NCBI GenBank assembly: GCA_021158525.1
Contig: JAGGUL010000079.1
Coordinates: 1-60,294 of the forward strand
Reading direction: 5' to 3'
DNA length: 60,294 nucleotides
Source of the DNA: Candidatus Hydrothermota bacterium
GTDB lineage: Bacteria; Hydrothermota; Hydrothermia; B15-G9; DRBW01
Part shown: positions 17,333 through 28,000 of the stretch, one piece after another
Numbering within the stretch: position 1 is the first letter of the stretch
How the letters are laid out: every line of letters starts with the position of its first letter
The notes under the pieces: generated by a model
Told to the model about the DNA's origin: nothing
What the model saw: only the letters and a program-made list of their open reading frames with translations
Databases searched by the model: none
Program-made: the position numbers and the translations under genes

Positions 17333-18730
17333 ATGAGACCTTCAGCATCTGCCCTTTTCGTTCTCACCCTATTTCTGAGCTCCTGCGCCACCCTGAGCAC
17401 CATAAGGCGGAGAAAACCGGAGAAAGCGATCCCCTTAGAAGCCTTGCAGGAGGCACCTGAAGGGGCCACCGTGGGCATTTATGCCGTATCGATGAGGAAC
17501 GGGCGCGAGATAGCGTCCTATAACGCGGATAAGCTCCTCCTTCCAGCGTCTAACCTGAAGCTCCTCGTGCTCTATGCCGCTCTCGATCTCTTAGGCCCTG
17601 CGAAGAACTTCAGGACGGAGTTCCTTCTGGACGATTCGCTGAACCTCTACATGGTGGGTTTCGGGGACCCTTCGCTTCTCGCCTCCGACCTTTACATGAT
17701 AGCCGAGAGGATAAAGGCCTTCGGAATAAACCGGATAATGGACATCCGCGTGTCGGAATCTTTTTACGACACGATCAGGTATGGGCCGGGCTGGATGTGG
17801 GATGAAGGGCCCCATCCCTATGCCGCACCGGTATCCGCATTGTCCCTGAACAGAAACGTGGTAGAAGTGTGGGTACGGAATACAGAAACGGGACCCGTCG
17901 CGGAGGTGGTGCCCGCGACCGATTTCGTGCGGGCCGCGGTCGAGGTGACACCGGCGGAGTCCCTCGATAAGGTCGAAGTGGAGAGGAGCTTCGATACGGT
18001 AAACAACATAACCCTCAGGATTCCCGAAGACGCTCTGGATTTCGAGCCCCACGTTAAGTACGTCAGCATTGAGGAGCCGGCCCTCTTCGCCGGCCACGTG
18101 CTGAAAGGTGCCCTGGAACGCTCCGGTATGGAGGTTGAGGGAAAAGTCCTGAAAGGCGATCCGCCGCCCGATGCTTCCCTCATCTATACATGGCTCTCCC
18201 CTCCCCTTTTCGAGCTCCTCTATGACATGGAAAAGTACAGCCTGAATTTCTACTCCGAGATGATCCTGAAATACATCGGCGCCGAGTTCCGGGGACCGCC
18301 GGGGACCTGGAGCAAAGGACTGTCGGTACTCAAGCAGTTCATTTACGAGAGGGGTCTCGACACGTCGGGGGTCCGCATAGCCGACGGGTCGGGCCTTTCA
18401 CGCTATAACCTGTTGACTCCCCGCTTCATAGTTCAGATACTCGCCTCTGTCTATGAAAATTTCTCCATAATGCCCGAATTCCTTTCCGCGCTTCCCGTGG
18501 CGGGGAGAGATGGGACTCTGGCAATGAGGTTCCTGGACACACCGCTCGAGGATAACCTGCGCGCTAAAACCGGCACCATGACCGGTGTTTCGGCCCTCTC
18601 GGGATATATGTATACGGAAAAGGGAGACCTGCTTGCATTCTCGATCATCATCAATAACTACACCTCGGGGGGCGAGAAAGCGAAGTCCTTCGAGGAAAAG
18701 CTCCTGGAAGCGCTCTACGAGTCTGACTGA
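17333..18730 (+). CDS. dacB: D-alanyl-D-alanine carboxypeptidase/endopeptidase (PBP4, S13)
   Basis: Lipobox LSSC; PASNLK; SLN; DGSGLSRYN; AKTGT. Confidence 0.93.
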   Translation: MRPSASALFVLTLFLSSCATLSTIRRRKPEKAIPLEALQEAPEGATVGIYAVSMRNGREIASYNADKLLLPASNLKLLVLYAALDLLGPAKNFRTEFLLDDSLNLYMVGFGDPSLLASDLYMIAERIKAFGINRIMDIRVSESFYDTIRYGPGWMWDEGPHPYAAPVSALSLNRNVVEVWVRNTETGPVAEVVPATDFVRAAVEVTPAESLDKVEVERSFDTVNNITLRIPEDALDFEPHVKYVSIEEPALFAGHVLKGALERSGMEVEGKVLKGDPPPDASLIYTWLSPPLFELLYDMEKYSLNFYSEMILKYIGAEFRGPPGTWSKGLSVLKQFIYERGLDTSGVRIADGSGLSRYNLLTPRFIVQILASVYENFSIMPEFLSALPVAGRDGTLAMRFLDTPLEDNLRAKTGTMTGVSALSGYMYTEKGDLLAFSIIINNYTSGGEKAKSFEEKLLEALYESD

Positions 18731-19569
18731 TGCTGATAGATGCCGCCCTCGTGATGTTCCTCATCGCCCTCATTTTCGGGCTCATCGTCTACTTTCTCGA
18801 CCGATACGAAAAAGAACCCATAACGAGCCTCCTCTTCGGCTTCATGGCCGGGATGACAGCGACTTTCCTCCTGATAATTGCAAAGAATTACATATACTTC
18901 GTCACGCCCCCTTTCGTGGGAGAACCTTTTTTCAAGGCCTTCTTCAGAGCGGCCTTCGTCGAGGAGATCCTGAAATTCCTGACCTTTTACATCCTGTTTT
19001 TCAGGGCACGGGTTTTCAACGAACCCCTCGACGGGATCATCTACATCTCCATGGTGGCCCTCGGGTTCGCCTATATGGAGAACATAGGCTACGCTCTGAA
19101 ATACACCCATCCCTATTTCGCCAGGCCGGGCTATGCGAGCTCCCTCCTCTCCATTACCCTGGCACGCTCGATCCCGGGCCACCTGCTCTTCAGCTCTTTC
19201 GCAGGATACTACACGGGTATATACAAGTTCGAACTAAAAAGAAGGAGCTATCTCATTCCCCTGGGTTTAACCCTGGCAGTGATCTTCCACGGCTTTTTCG
19301 ACTATTTTCTGTTTATCGGGAAAAGCGCGTTCGCCTTCTATACAGTCCTCATCAACCTGATCCTCTTCGCTTTTCTGCTGAGAAAATCATGGAAACTCTC
19401 CCGCATAATGTTCGAACTTATGTCCTCGATAGAAGTTCCTCAGGACGAAATTCAGGAGCTCGTGGAAGAGGACACCGGGGCGTCCTTCACATCCCTGCTC
19501 ATAGCAGGCCCGATAATCATCGGCTATGCCCTTTTCCTTAACGCCCTCCTCTTCTTTATTTTGAGGTGA
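18730..19569 (+). CDS. prsW: PrsW-family intramembrane protease
   Basis: DRYEKEP, VEEILK, DGIIY...GFAYMEN, PGH, FHGFFD. Confidence 0.88.
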   Translation: MLIDAALVMFLIALIFGLIVYFLDRYEKEPITSLLFGFMAGMTATFLLIIAKNYIYFVTPPFVGEPFFKAFFRAAFVEEILKFLTFYILFFRARVFNEPLDGIIYISMVALGFAYMENIGYALKYTHPYFARPGYASSLLSITLARSIPGHLLFSSFAGYYTGIYKFELKRRSYLIPLGLTLAVIFHGFFDYFLFIGKSAFAFYTVLINLILFAFLLRKSWKLSRIMFELMSSIEVPQDEIQELVEEDTGASFTSLLIAGPIIIGYALFLNALLFFILR

Positions 19570-21622
19570 ATCTGTAAGCCTTACCGTCGAGGACCACGAT
19601 CACTTTGTCCCCGACAGACAGGTAGGGAGCCCACTCCGGATGCTCCTCGATAAACCTGAAGTAATCCTGGCTCCCCGTCTCGATCTCCTCGAATTTCATT
19701 CCTTCTTTGTAATCGGTATCAACGTAAAAACCGTCTTTGAACACGAAGACCTTATCGAGGACCCGTTTGAGGTCCAGTTTTTCCTCCAGCTCTCCCGAGA
19801 CAGAAGCCGAGGCCCTTATCTCCGAGAGAGTCCTGGCGAGCTTGAAGGCCCGCTTTCCCGTCTCGGCCCCCAGCACGTTTCCCTCCAAGTATTCGCTGAC
19901 CTCATCCGGCGCCTCTTTCACGAGAAAAGACGTATAGGGGGTTATTATGCCGTACTTCTTCCCGAGCTCAGTCACCTCATCGACAAGCTCTCTGGTCTCA
20001 CCCTTCAGCCTTATCTCCGAAAGGAGATATCCGACCCAGCGCCGCGCCCACACCCTCGGCAGGAAATCCAGGTCCTGAGCTTCATCGGGGAACTCAAATT
20101 CCCTCTCTATGACCCTCTCTCGTCCCCTCTCCTCTCCGCGCAGAACAAGAGTGAACTTTCCCGGCTTTCTGTAAATACCGGAAACCAGGACCTGCGAGCC
20201 GTAAAAGAGATCGGGCAGGTTCACGGGATAGACTTTCTCCACATCGAGCCCGTCGAAATCCAGCTCGAGATCTGTAAGGGCCGGAAACTGAATCTTATCG
20301 TAGAAATTCGTCAGAACAACCTCCAGGTCCTCGTCAGGCTCGACATACTCCGGCTCAGATCTGCTCATGGCCGCAAGGGCATCGAGAAGGAGGGTGTTTA
20401 CGTCGTAGCCTGTCCCGAAGACAAAAAGCCTCGCGTTTCCGAGGTTCTCCTTCACATCCTCAACGATCCTGCCGGGCATGGTCGTCCCCACAGTGGGACG
20501 GCCATCAGTGAGAAAGACAACATAGAAAGGCCTGTTTCCTTCCTCTCGCAGTGCCAGTGCTTCCCTCAGTGCATCATCGATATTCGTTCCGCCTCTGGCT
20601 TTGAGCGAATCGATAAAAGACAGGGCCCTCGCCCGGTGTACCGAATCGGCCTGAACAAGCTCAGGGCTGAATTTCCTCACATCAGACGAAAAAGCGAGAA
20701 TGTCGAACCTGTCAGCGGGCGAGAGCGATCTGACGAAGTATCTGAGGGCCTTCCTCGCCTGTTCTATCTTCTTCCCGAGCATGCTGCCGGAGACGTCGAG
20801 CAGAAAAACGATGTCTTTAGGAAAGGGCTCTATTTCCTCGGGCTTGGCCCCCGGTGTGATAGTGAGCAAAAAATAACCCTCTTTGCCCTTCCTGTAGGTG
20901 AGGAGGTCCATGCCGAGCTCCTCGCCTGATTCGGAATAAAAGAGCCTGAAATCCTCCCTGGGCCTTATGTTCTGTGCCTCGTAGCTGAGGTGAGCGGTGT
21001 TTCCGCTTACGTCGATCTCCAGGTCATGGGTGGGCGAATAGACGGTCTTTATGGGATTTCTGGCCTCGATGAGCACCTCCAGCGACAGCTCCTTCATGGG
21101 ATCCCTGGTCAGCGCCTCGGGCTTCAGAGGATAGGTAAAAGCGTAAAGTCCACCTTCTCTCTCAAGGACACATTCGTATTGCAGCCTAACCCTCACGTCG
21201 CCCTGAGGCTGAATGGGAAAGATCTTCGCCCTTATCAGGTCCTGGTCGTAATATTCGAGAAGGGCCGGATCTCTCCTTTTCCTCACGAGCTCGTTGTAAA
21301 CCCTGCGCGCCTCTTCCTTTCCCAGGACCTCTCCCTTTATCTCTTTATCGCCGACGAAAATCGAAAATTCCGAAATAGAGGCATCGCGGGGAACAGGGAA
21401 AAGGTATTCCCCCTCGAGCTCATAGGTATATGGATTTGTGAAGACCTGATCCACCGAGACCTGGGCCACATTATCCCTGATCTTTATGAAAACGTGGTGG
21501 TATTTGACGTTCAGGTAAATGGGCCTTGGGGACGGGCCAACAGGCGGATGAGGCGGTATTATTATCCCGTCGGCAAAGAGCAGGGAAGAAAGAATTATTA
21601 ACAATGGCAGCGTCTTTTTCAT
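19556..21622 (-). CDS. Secreted VIT plus vWA domain protein (inter-alpha-trypsin-inhibitor-like)
   Basis: Signal peptide; VIT (QVFTNP...EGEYLFP); MIDAS DVSGSM, GGTNI, FLTDG; ITPYTSFLV. Confidence 0.9.
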   Translation of the reverse strand: MKKTLPLLIILSSLLFADGIIIPPHPPVGPSPRPIYLNVKYHHVFIKIRDNVAQVSVDQVFTNPYTYELEGEYLFPVPRDASISEFSIFVGDKEIKGEVLGKEEARRVYNELVRKRRDPALLEYYDQDLIRAKIFPIQPQGDVRVRLQYECVLEREGGLYAFTYPLKPEALTRDPMKELSLEVLIEARNPIKTVYSPTHDLEIDVSGNTAHLSYEAQNIRPREDFRLFYSESGEELGMDLLTYRKGKEGYFLLTITPGAKPEEIEPFPKDIVFLLDVSGSMLGKKIEQARKALRYFVRSLSPADRFDILAFSSDVRKFSPELVQADSVHRARALSFIDSLKARGGTNIDDALREALALREEGNRPFYVVFLTDGRPTVGTTMPGRIVEDVKENLGNARLFVFGTGYDVNTLLLDALAAMSRSEPEYVEPDEDLEVVLTNFYDKIQFPALTDLELDFDGLDVEKVYPVNLPDLFYGSQVLVSGIYRKPGKFTLVLRGEERGRERVIEREFEFPDEAQDLDFLPRVWARRWVGYLLSEIRLKGETRELVDEVTELGKKYGIITPYTSFLVKEAPDEVSEYLEGNVLGAETGKRAFKLARTLSEIRASASVSGELEEKLDLKRVLDKVFVFKDGFYVDTDYKEGMKFEEIETGSQDYFRFIEEHPEWAPYLSVGDKVIVVLDGKAYRFTSK

Positions 21623-21915
21623 TTTTATCCCTCCTCTTGAGTTTAGCCTATTTTAGGCCATATTCGGCCATTTTTAAAGTGTCCAATGGAAATTCTTCAT
21701 GTTCCCAAACGGTTTACCCGATGGAGTTTCTGAATTTCATTCCCTTAAATATCCCTCCGCCCTGTTAAAGAACCCGGTCTCTCATTCGATCCATGGGAAA
21801 GGAAATCCTCCAACCCCTTAGACACTTGTACGAGACATAATCAAAGATCTACCAGTGCACTCAAGCACATTGGAACCCTCTCATCTGCATAAATTTCAAG
21901 GTAAGTCACACACAC

Positions 21916-21944
21916 TTGACAAATTAGGGACTCCAAAGTATGCT
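21916..21944 (+). promoter_or_regulatory. Sigma70-type promoter
   Basis: TTGACA-17-TATGCT upstream of SD AAGGAGG and ATG 21973. Confidence 0.7.
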
Positions 21945-21972
21945 CAAAATACAAAGATTCAAGGAGGCTAAA

Positions 21973-24840
21973 ATGTGGGGGATTATCATTCTTTTTACCT
22001 GCATGTCTGCCCTCCCCAGGAAACTATCCCCTGACCTGAGCCGAAAGATAAAATCAACCACAGAAGAACAGGTATTCCATGTCTTTATATTCCCGAAGGA
22101 CCAGCCGGATTATCAGCACCTCAAAAGAGATTTTGGTGATAATAAAAAGGGCATAGCAGATTATCTCCGCGACTTTGCCGAAAGAAGTCAGAGAAACATA
22201 ATCAAATTTTTGCGATCTGAAAGAGCCTGTGAGACATTGAGAAACTACTGGGTTGCGAATGTAATTGAGGCAAGCTTAACCGGGGATATGCTCCTTTCTC
22301 TGGCCGAAAGAGAGGACGTGGGTTACATCGAGGAGGTGCCAGTAGTCAGGCTGACGGATGTTTTCAGCAAAAAGACTTATGGAAAAGAACGTCCAAAAAA
22401 CGTTTCATGGAACATAAGGAAAGTAAATGCGGACACCGTGTGGTCACTGGGCTACACCGGGAATGGGGTTATAGTGGGAACGATGGATACAGGAGTCGAC
22501 GTTGACCATCCTGCACTTTCCGGTAAATGGAGCGGCTACTGGAAAGATTTTATATGGGGACTGTCTGAGCCATACGACGATAATGGACACGGAACCCACG
22601 TGATGGGGATAATTCTCGGGGGCGATGGACCCGGTCCCTTTCCTGACGACATCGGTGTGGCCCCTGGTGCACAGTTTGTCGCTGTGAAAGTTTTTACTAG
22701 TTCTGGAATCGGACTTCACATAATGGCTGGGATGAACTGGTATGCTTCTCTCGTCGCCGATTCTGGAGTTCCCGTCAGGGTCATCAATAACTCGTGGGGC
22801 AGCCCCTGGCCTACCAGTCTGGCTTTCTGGGATGCCATCCTAACATGGAGGAGCCTTGACATAATTCCCGTTTTTGCCATCGGAAACAGCGGGCCTGATA
22901 GCGGCACGACAGAAACTCCCGGTAACTACCCCACCGTGATAGGGGTGGGGGTGATAAATCAGAATGACACCGTTCCAGATTTCTCTTCGAGAGGGCCTGC
23001 ACCGAACATGAGTCCCTGGAACAACTCCAATTTCTGGGAGCGTCCTGATTGGAATCTCACAAAACCTGACATAACCGCTCCCGGCGTTTACATATGGTCT
23101 TCCCTCCCCGGAGGCAATTATGGCGGGCTGAGCGGGACATCAATAGCAGCTCCTCATGTCACCGGAGTGATTGCCCTACTTTTATCCAAAGATCCCTTTG
23201 CCGAATACAATATACTTTACAACACGCTGCTTTACACCTGTTACAGGCCTCCACAGGTGCATAAGTTTCCGAATAACAACTACGGCTGGGGGATTGTAAA
23301 TGCCCTTGACGCCATCAAAATGCTCTCTCCTGGAACTCAGTCTTTCCTCGCTCTCATGCAGGTTTCGGTCGAACATAGCAATTTAAATTCTTTCAATCCT
23401 GGAGATACTGCCGAGATAGTCGTTAGAATCACGAACTACAGCCATAATATAGCAACTAACACGATAGGGGTTCTATCCACTGACTGCGACCAATATGTGA
23501 CCATAATAAACGGAACCTCCAGTTTTGGCGATGTGGAGTGGGGAGACACGGCCATCAGTGCTCCACCTTTCAAGGTCTTCGTGCACGATCATGCGCCCAT
23601 AGGTATCTCTGTGCCCTTCGAGTTGCATCTTTCCTGTAATGTCACTGATACCTTCGTTTTCCACTTCAATATACCCATTGTCTTTGAATACCGGGATTAC
23701 CTGGATATAGCCGCGGGTAACGCCCTTCTCACCGTCACTGACAGAGGCGCAATCGGATTTCTATCGAGCGAGCAGATTGAAGGAAACGGTTTTGTTTATC
23801 CTCTAAACGGAGAAATTTTTCTCCAATACGGGAGTTTTGCAGTTGGTAATTCTGCCGATTATGTTGCAGATGTGTGGTATAAGGATCTTACCGATGATCA
23901 GGATTGGCTTCCCACGGAGGAGCCCGATGGCAGAGTTCACTATCTTCCCGATCCCCCAAGAAATGCTGATATTGCCGCCATCGCATTCTTTGATGACTCC
24001 GGGCATCCCGATTCCCGGGGGATTACCGTGCGTCAGCTTGCTTATGCCTATGATAAACCGAATTTTTCCGATTTTGTCATTCTCGAATACAGAATAAAGA
24101 ATGAAGGCACTACCATTTTTGATAATCTCTACGCTGCTCTTTTCATGTTCTTTAATATCCCCGGCAACAGCCCATACAACTATGCCAGAGTGGATTCCGG
24201 CCATAAAACGGTCTACAACTGGAATTACACAGATCATGGCGGTGTGGCCCTTCTCTATCCTGAAACCCCCGCTAATCTCAGTGTTATCAGCTATGAAGAG
24301 TTTCACTCGGGTGTCTTGTCCGATAGCCTGAAGATCAAGTATATGAACGGGACGTATCACCACGACACCTTTGGCAGTCCCGGCTACTATGCAATGGTTG
24401 TTTCGGCTGGTCCCTTCTTCCTCGCGCCGGGAGATTCTCAGAAAGTTGCCTTTGCCGTTGTTGGAGGCACCAATAGCTATCTTTATATGAGAAATGTTAA
24501 CAGGGCCGACTCGGTTTACCACGACTCGAGCCTCGTGCTCGTGAAGGAGGACAATGGGTCGGAAAATCGCAAACACCTGAAGGTCCGTACTAACATATCC
24601 AAAAGTCAAGTAACTATCTCCTTCTCCCTTCCCCTGAGTGAAAAGATCGAATTGAACATTTACGATGTAACGGGCAGGAAAATAAAAGAGATACTAAATT
24701 CCAAATTGTCGCCGGGGGAATATAAATTTCACTGGGACGTCACCGACGACATGGGAAGGGCTGTGGGTTCAGGTATTTATTTCGTACGGATAAGGAGCAA
24801 ATCCTTCAAAAGTACCGAAAAACTGCTGATATTGAGGTGA
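21973..24840 (+). CDS. Secreted S8 subtilisin-like protease with FlgD/T9SS-like C-terminal domain
   Basis: MDTGVD, GHGTHVMG, GTSIAAPHV triad; IYDVTGR...WD...SGIYFVR. Confidence 0.92.
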   Translation: MWGIIILFTCMSALPRKLSPDLSRKIKSTTEEQVFHVFIFPKDQPDYQHLKRDFGDNKKGIADYLRDFAERSQRNIIKFLRSERACETLRNYWVANVIEASLTGDMLLSLAEREDVGYIEEVPVVRLTDVFSKKTYGKERPKNVSWNIRKVNADTVWSLGYTGNGVIVGTMDTGVDVDHPALSGKWSGYWKDFIWGLSEPYDDNGHGTHVMGIILGGDGPGPFPDDIGVAPGAQFVAVKVFTSSGIGLHIMAGMNWYASLVADSGVPVRVINNSWGSPWPTSLAFWDAILTWRSLDIIPVFAIGNSGPDSGTTETPGNYPTVIGVGVINQNDTVPDFSSRGPAPNMSPWNNSNFWERPDWNLTKPDITAPGVYIWSSLPGGNYGGLSGTSIAAPHVTGVIALLLSKDPFAEYNILYNTLLYTCYRPPQVHKFPNNNYGWGIVNALDAIKMLSPGTQSFLALMQVSVEHSNLNSFNPGDTAEIVVRITNYSHNIATNTIGVLSTDCDQYVTIINGTSSFGDVEWGDTAISAPPFKVFVHDHAPIGISVPFELHLSCNVTDTFVFHFNIPIVFEYRDYLDIAAGNALLTVTDRGAIGFLSSEQIEGNGFVYPLNGEIFLQYGSFAVGNSADYVADVWYKDLTDDQDWLPTEEPDGRVHYLPDPPRNADIAAIAFFDDSGHPDSRGITVRQLAYAYDKPNFSDFVILEYRIKNEGTTIFDNLYAALFMFFNIPGNSPYNYARVDSGHKTVYNWNYTDHGGVALLYPETPANLSVISYEEFHSGVLSDSLKIKYMNGTYHHDTFGSPGYYAMVVSAGPFFLAPGDSQKVAFAVVGGTNSYLYMRNVNRADSVYHDSSLVLVKEDNGSENRKHLKVRTNISKSQVTISFSLPLSEKIELNIYDVTGRKIKEILNSKLSPGEYKFHWDVTDDMGRAVGSGIYFVRIRSKSFKSTEKLLILR

Positions 24841-24910
24841 ACTTCTCAAAAAGAACTAATAACAGAGCAAAACCGATTAAATCGCCCTTTTAAGCTATGA
24901 AATCGCCATC

Positions 24911-24939
24911 TTGACAGATATAAATTTCATCTTTAAATT
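24911..24939 (+). promoter_or_regulatory. Sigma70-type promoter followed by a ~120-nt leader
   Basis: TTGACA-17-TAAATT; SD AAGGAGG at about 25051. Confidence 0.6.
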
Positions 24940-25062
24940 TGCGTCAGAGGGGAGGGAAATATGGATACTGAATGTGAAAGTCCGCTTTTTAATGTTTCCC
25001 ACCACAATTATTTTGGCCCACCTGAGTATCTCTTTGTTTTCCTATCAAAAAAGGAGGGGAAC

Positions 25063-28000
25063 ATGAGAAGGTATGTAGGAGTGGCCCTGCTGATATTGGC
25101 AGGGTCAGGTGCAATGAGGGCGTCTCAGGACGCCCCTGGACTACTATGGAACTACTTGTCGGACCAGGAGAGAAAGCTCTACAGCTCCTATGAGCACTTC
25201 AAAGGCCAGTACGAACTGTCGCAATCGCTTCTCCAGATAAAAGGCTTTATTCCCGGTTCACTGTACACGGTCGGGAGGGGCCCTGGCAACTATAACTTCT
25301 CCGCCATATGGGACGGCGCTGTATACCGCGACACCCTTTTCCTTGGGATTTTCGGTTTTGACCACATAGCAAAATTCACATCCGACGGCCAATTCGTCGC
25401 TTCTCTCGGCGCGAGGCCCACACTTTACTATCTCCACGGAATAGGCGTCAACGACCGGTATATATGGATCTCCCAGGGCGATGGAGGCCATCCTAAAAAG
25501 TGGATAGTTTCCCGCACTTATCCCGCCACCATAATCGATGTGGACGACTCGACGTCTTATCGTTTCATAAGGATAGCCCTGGATTCGACCGACGCTTATT
25601 GTCTTGTTCACGACTACTTCAATTCGGACCGGGGAAATCTCTATATGTTTCCCGACTCTTCCGTTGACCCCGCGGATGTCATATTCACCATCGAACACGA
25701 CTTCAAGGGTGTCGATGTGGATAACCTTTTCCTGTGGCTCGTTGACGCCGACAGCCTTTACAGGTACAGCAAAAATCCCGGTAATCCCCCATCTTTCGAA
25801 GCCTCTGCCTTTATCGCCCATAATCTCATCGATGTGGTTGCCGGATATAACCGTGTCTTCGTGGCGAGAAAGGCCTCCGACGATTCGATGACTGTTTTCA
25901 TAATAGACAAGAACTCCCTTGAACCCGTGAGCAGCTTCAACACAGCCTTCCTACCCGCACAATATATGACCATGGCGTCTCTCGAAATGATAGGCGATAC
26001 CCTTTACGTGATGAAAAGAGTGGACAGGCGGGCCTGCGAGCACAGCTGGGCAGTGGAACGGTTTCTGATTCAAAACGACACCGCCATATCCCTGGACCAG
26101 TTCGGCGACGAGTTCCCGATGGAGACCTACGCCCCTGAGCAGACCATACTGCGTGATGGATACTGGATCTCCTCCAACTCCTACGAGTGGCTCAAGATCA
26201 CGATCAGAAAACCTGACGGCAGTTTCGAAAAGCAGATAGACCTTCCCTACCACAGTGTCGGCATCGAATACGATCCCGAAAGGGGATATTTCTACCTGGG
26301 ATTAACGGTGCCCGACGGATCCGGGAATCTCGCCATAGTCGATACATCTGGAAACATTATCAGCACTGCATTGAACAACAGCTCCTGGATACATAACATA
26401 CACCTCTGGCATGATACGCTGTTTGTAAAGGCGTCCGCCAGCAGCTATATCCACGTGATGAATCCCGAAAATCTCGAGACTTACAGGGTTTTCTTCGTCA
26501 ATCAGGGAGTTGGCTCCCCGGGAATGGACATCGCTGGCGACAGCGGGTTCATATTCGTCACTGCAAAAATAGATGGTCGTTCCGGAGTTAAGGTATTCCG
26601 CAGAGACGGAAGCTATGTCGCAGATATTGCCATTTACAACACTATGGTCCACTACTACGATGTATCAGTGGACGATAGGGTCTTCCCATGGCGTGTGTTC
26701 GTGTCCCCCAACACTTCGGGCGTTTCGCCCCTCCTGATCTGTGAAGTTAACCCGCTGACCTGGGAATGGGAATTCGTTGATTCCGTGGGAGCTCCTCTTT
26801 ATAGAAGTGTCCTCTATCCCCACTGGGAATGGCTTTCTTTCACAGACACCCTCTACCTCCGTAATCCCAAAAACTTTATTATTGCCGTGGGAGAACCTGC
26901 CGGCTCCAAAGTCCTCATGGCTGATATCCACAACAGGAGAACCGTCGTTCACCCCCTCAAAGTAAATCACCGATCGGACACTCCGCTTGCCACAGCTTAC
27001 CAGGGACAGCGACATCTCGTTCGGGTCCCGAATTCCGACTTCCTGCACCTCGTCTATGAGAGCCAGGGCAACATATATTACCACACCTCCCCTGACGGCG
27101 GCGTGACCTGGAATCCTCCCAAAATCATAGAAGGCGGGAAATATCCATCTCTTCTCCGGAATTTTGGAGACGGAAAGGAGACGGGAATTGTCTATGTAAA
27201 AGACGGTCAATTGAGGTATGCCCAGGTGGATCCCTATTATATTGCCTATAACACCGTGACCTTGTGGACAGAAGAGTCTGATATTGCCTTTCCCGTGGTT
27301 ACAAAAGTATGGAGAGAGGACACCAGGTTTATTCATGTGGTCTATGAGGGACGGAAAAACGGAACCCTTTGCCTATCATATGCATCTTACATGATACCGA
27401 TTTACCCCGATAGCCCGGTGACAATTATGCCCGGAAGACATGAACTCATAGCCTATCTGAATGAGCCCGGCTCTCATCCCTCACTCACTTCCGATATGTA
27501 TCTGTTCCATCTCCATGTGGTCTGGCAGAACCAGGGAAAGATATTCTACAGCGAATATAACAATGGGGAGTGGATGCCTCCTGTTGAAATAGAAATCGTC
27601 GTATGGGGTACAGCTGAATCTCCTGATATAACTGCCTATGGCGAAAAAATCTATGTTAATTTCGTTCAGGACAGCACCTCGAATGGCATTTACGAAAGAT
27701 TAGTAAGAAGAATACGCGATCTATCTGACACTCTGCCATATTGGTGGTGGGAATTCCCGGAGGATACTCTAATTTCAAGTGCGGATCTGCGCAACGCCAC
27801 TCTCAGCCTTACCGGTCGCTATTCCTTCTTCGCAATGAACGAAACTCCCTGTACTCCCACACCTACATGGGAAATGTATTACTACGATTGGGCAACAGGA
27901 GATATGAAAAATATCTCTCAATCTCCCTCCATCGATTCAAAATACCCAGCGGCCTCGAGCATGGAACTCAACGACATGAGCAGATGGTATTGCATCTGGA

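Noticed and set aside
19640-20929. Long antisense ORFs (also 51822-52910, 18585-19541 alternate frame, 59377-60213)
   Set aside because: Shadows of well-supported genes, with no recognisable motifs or start signals
21650-21900. Possible gene remnant or ncRNA between the VIT-vWA and S8 genes
   Set aside because: No convincing ORF, repeat or stem found
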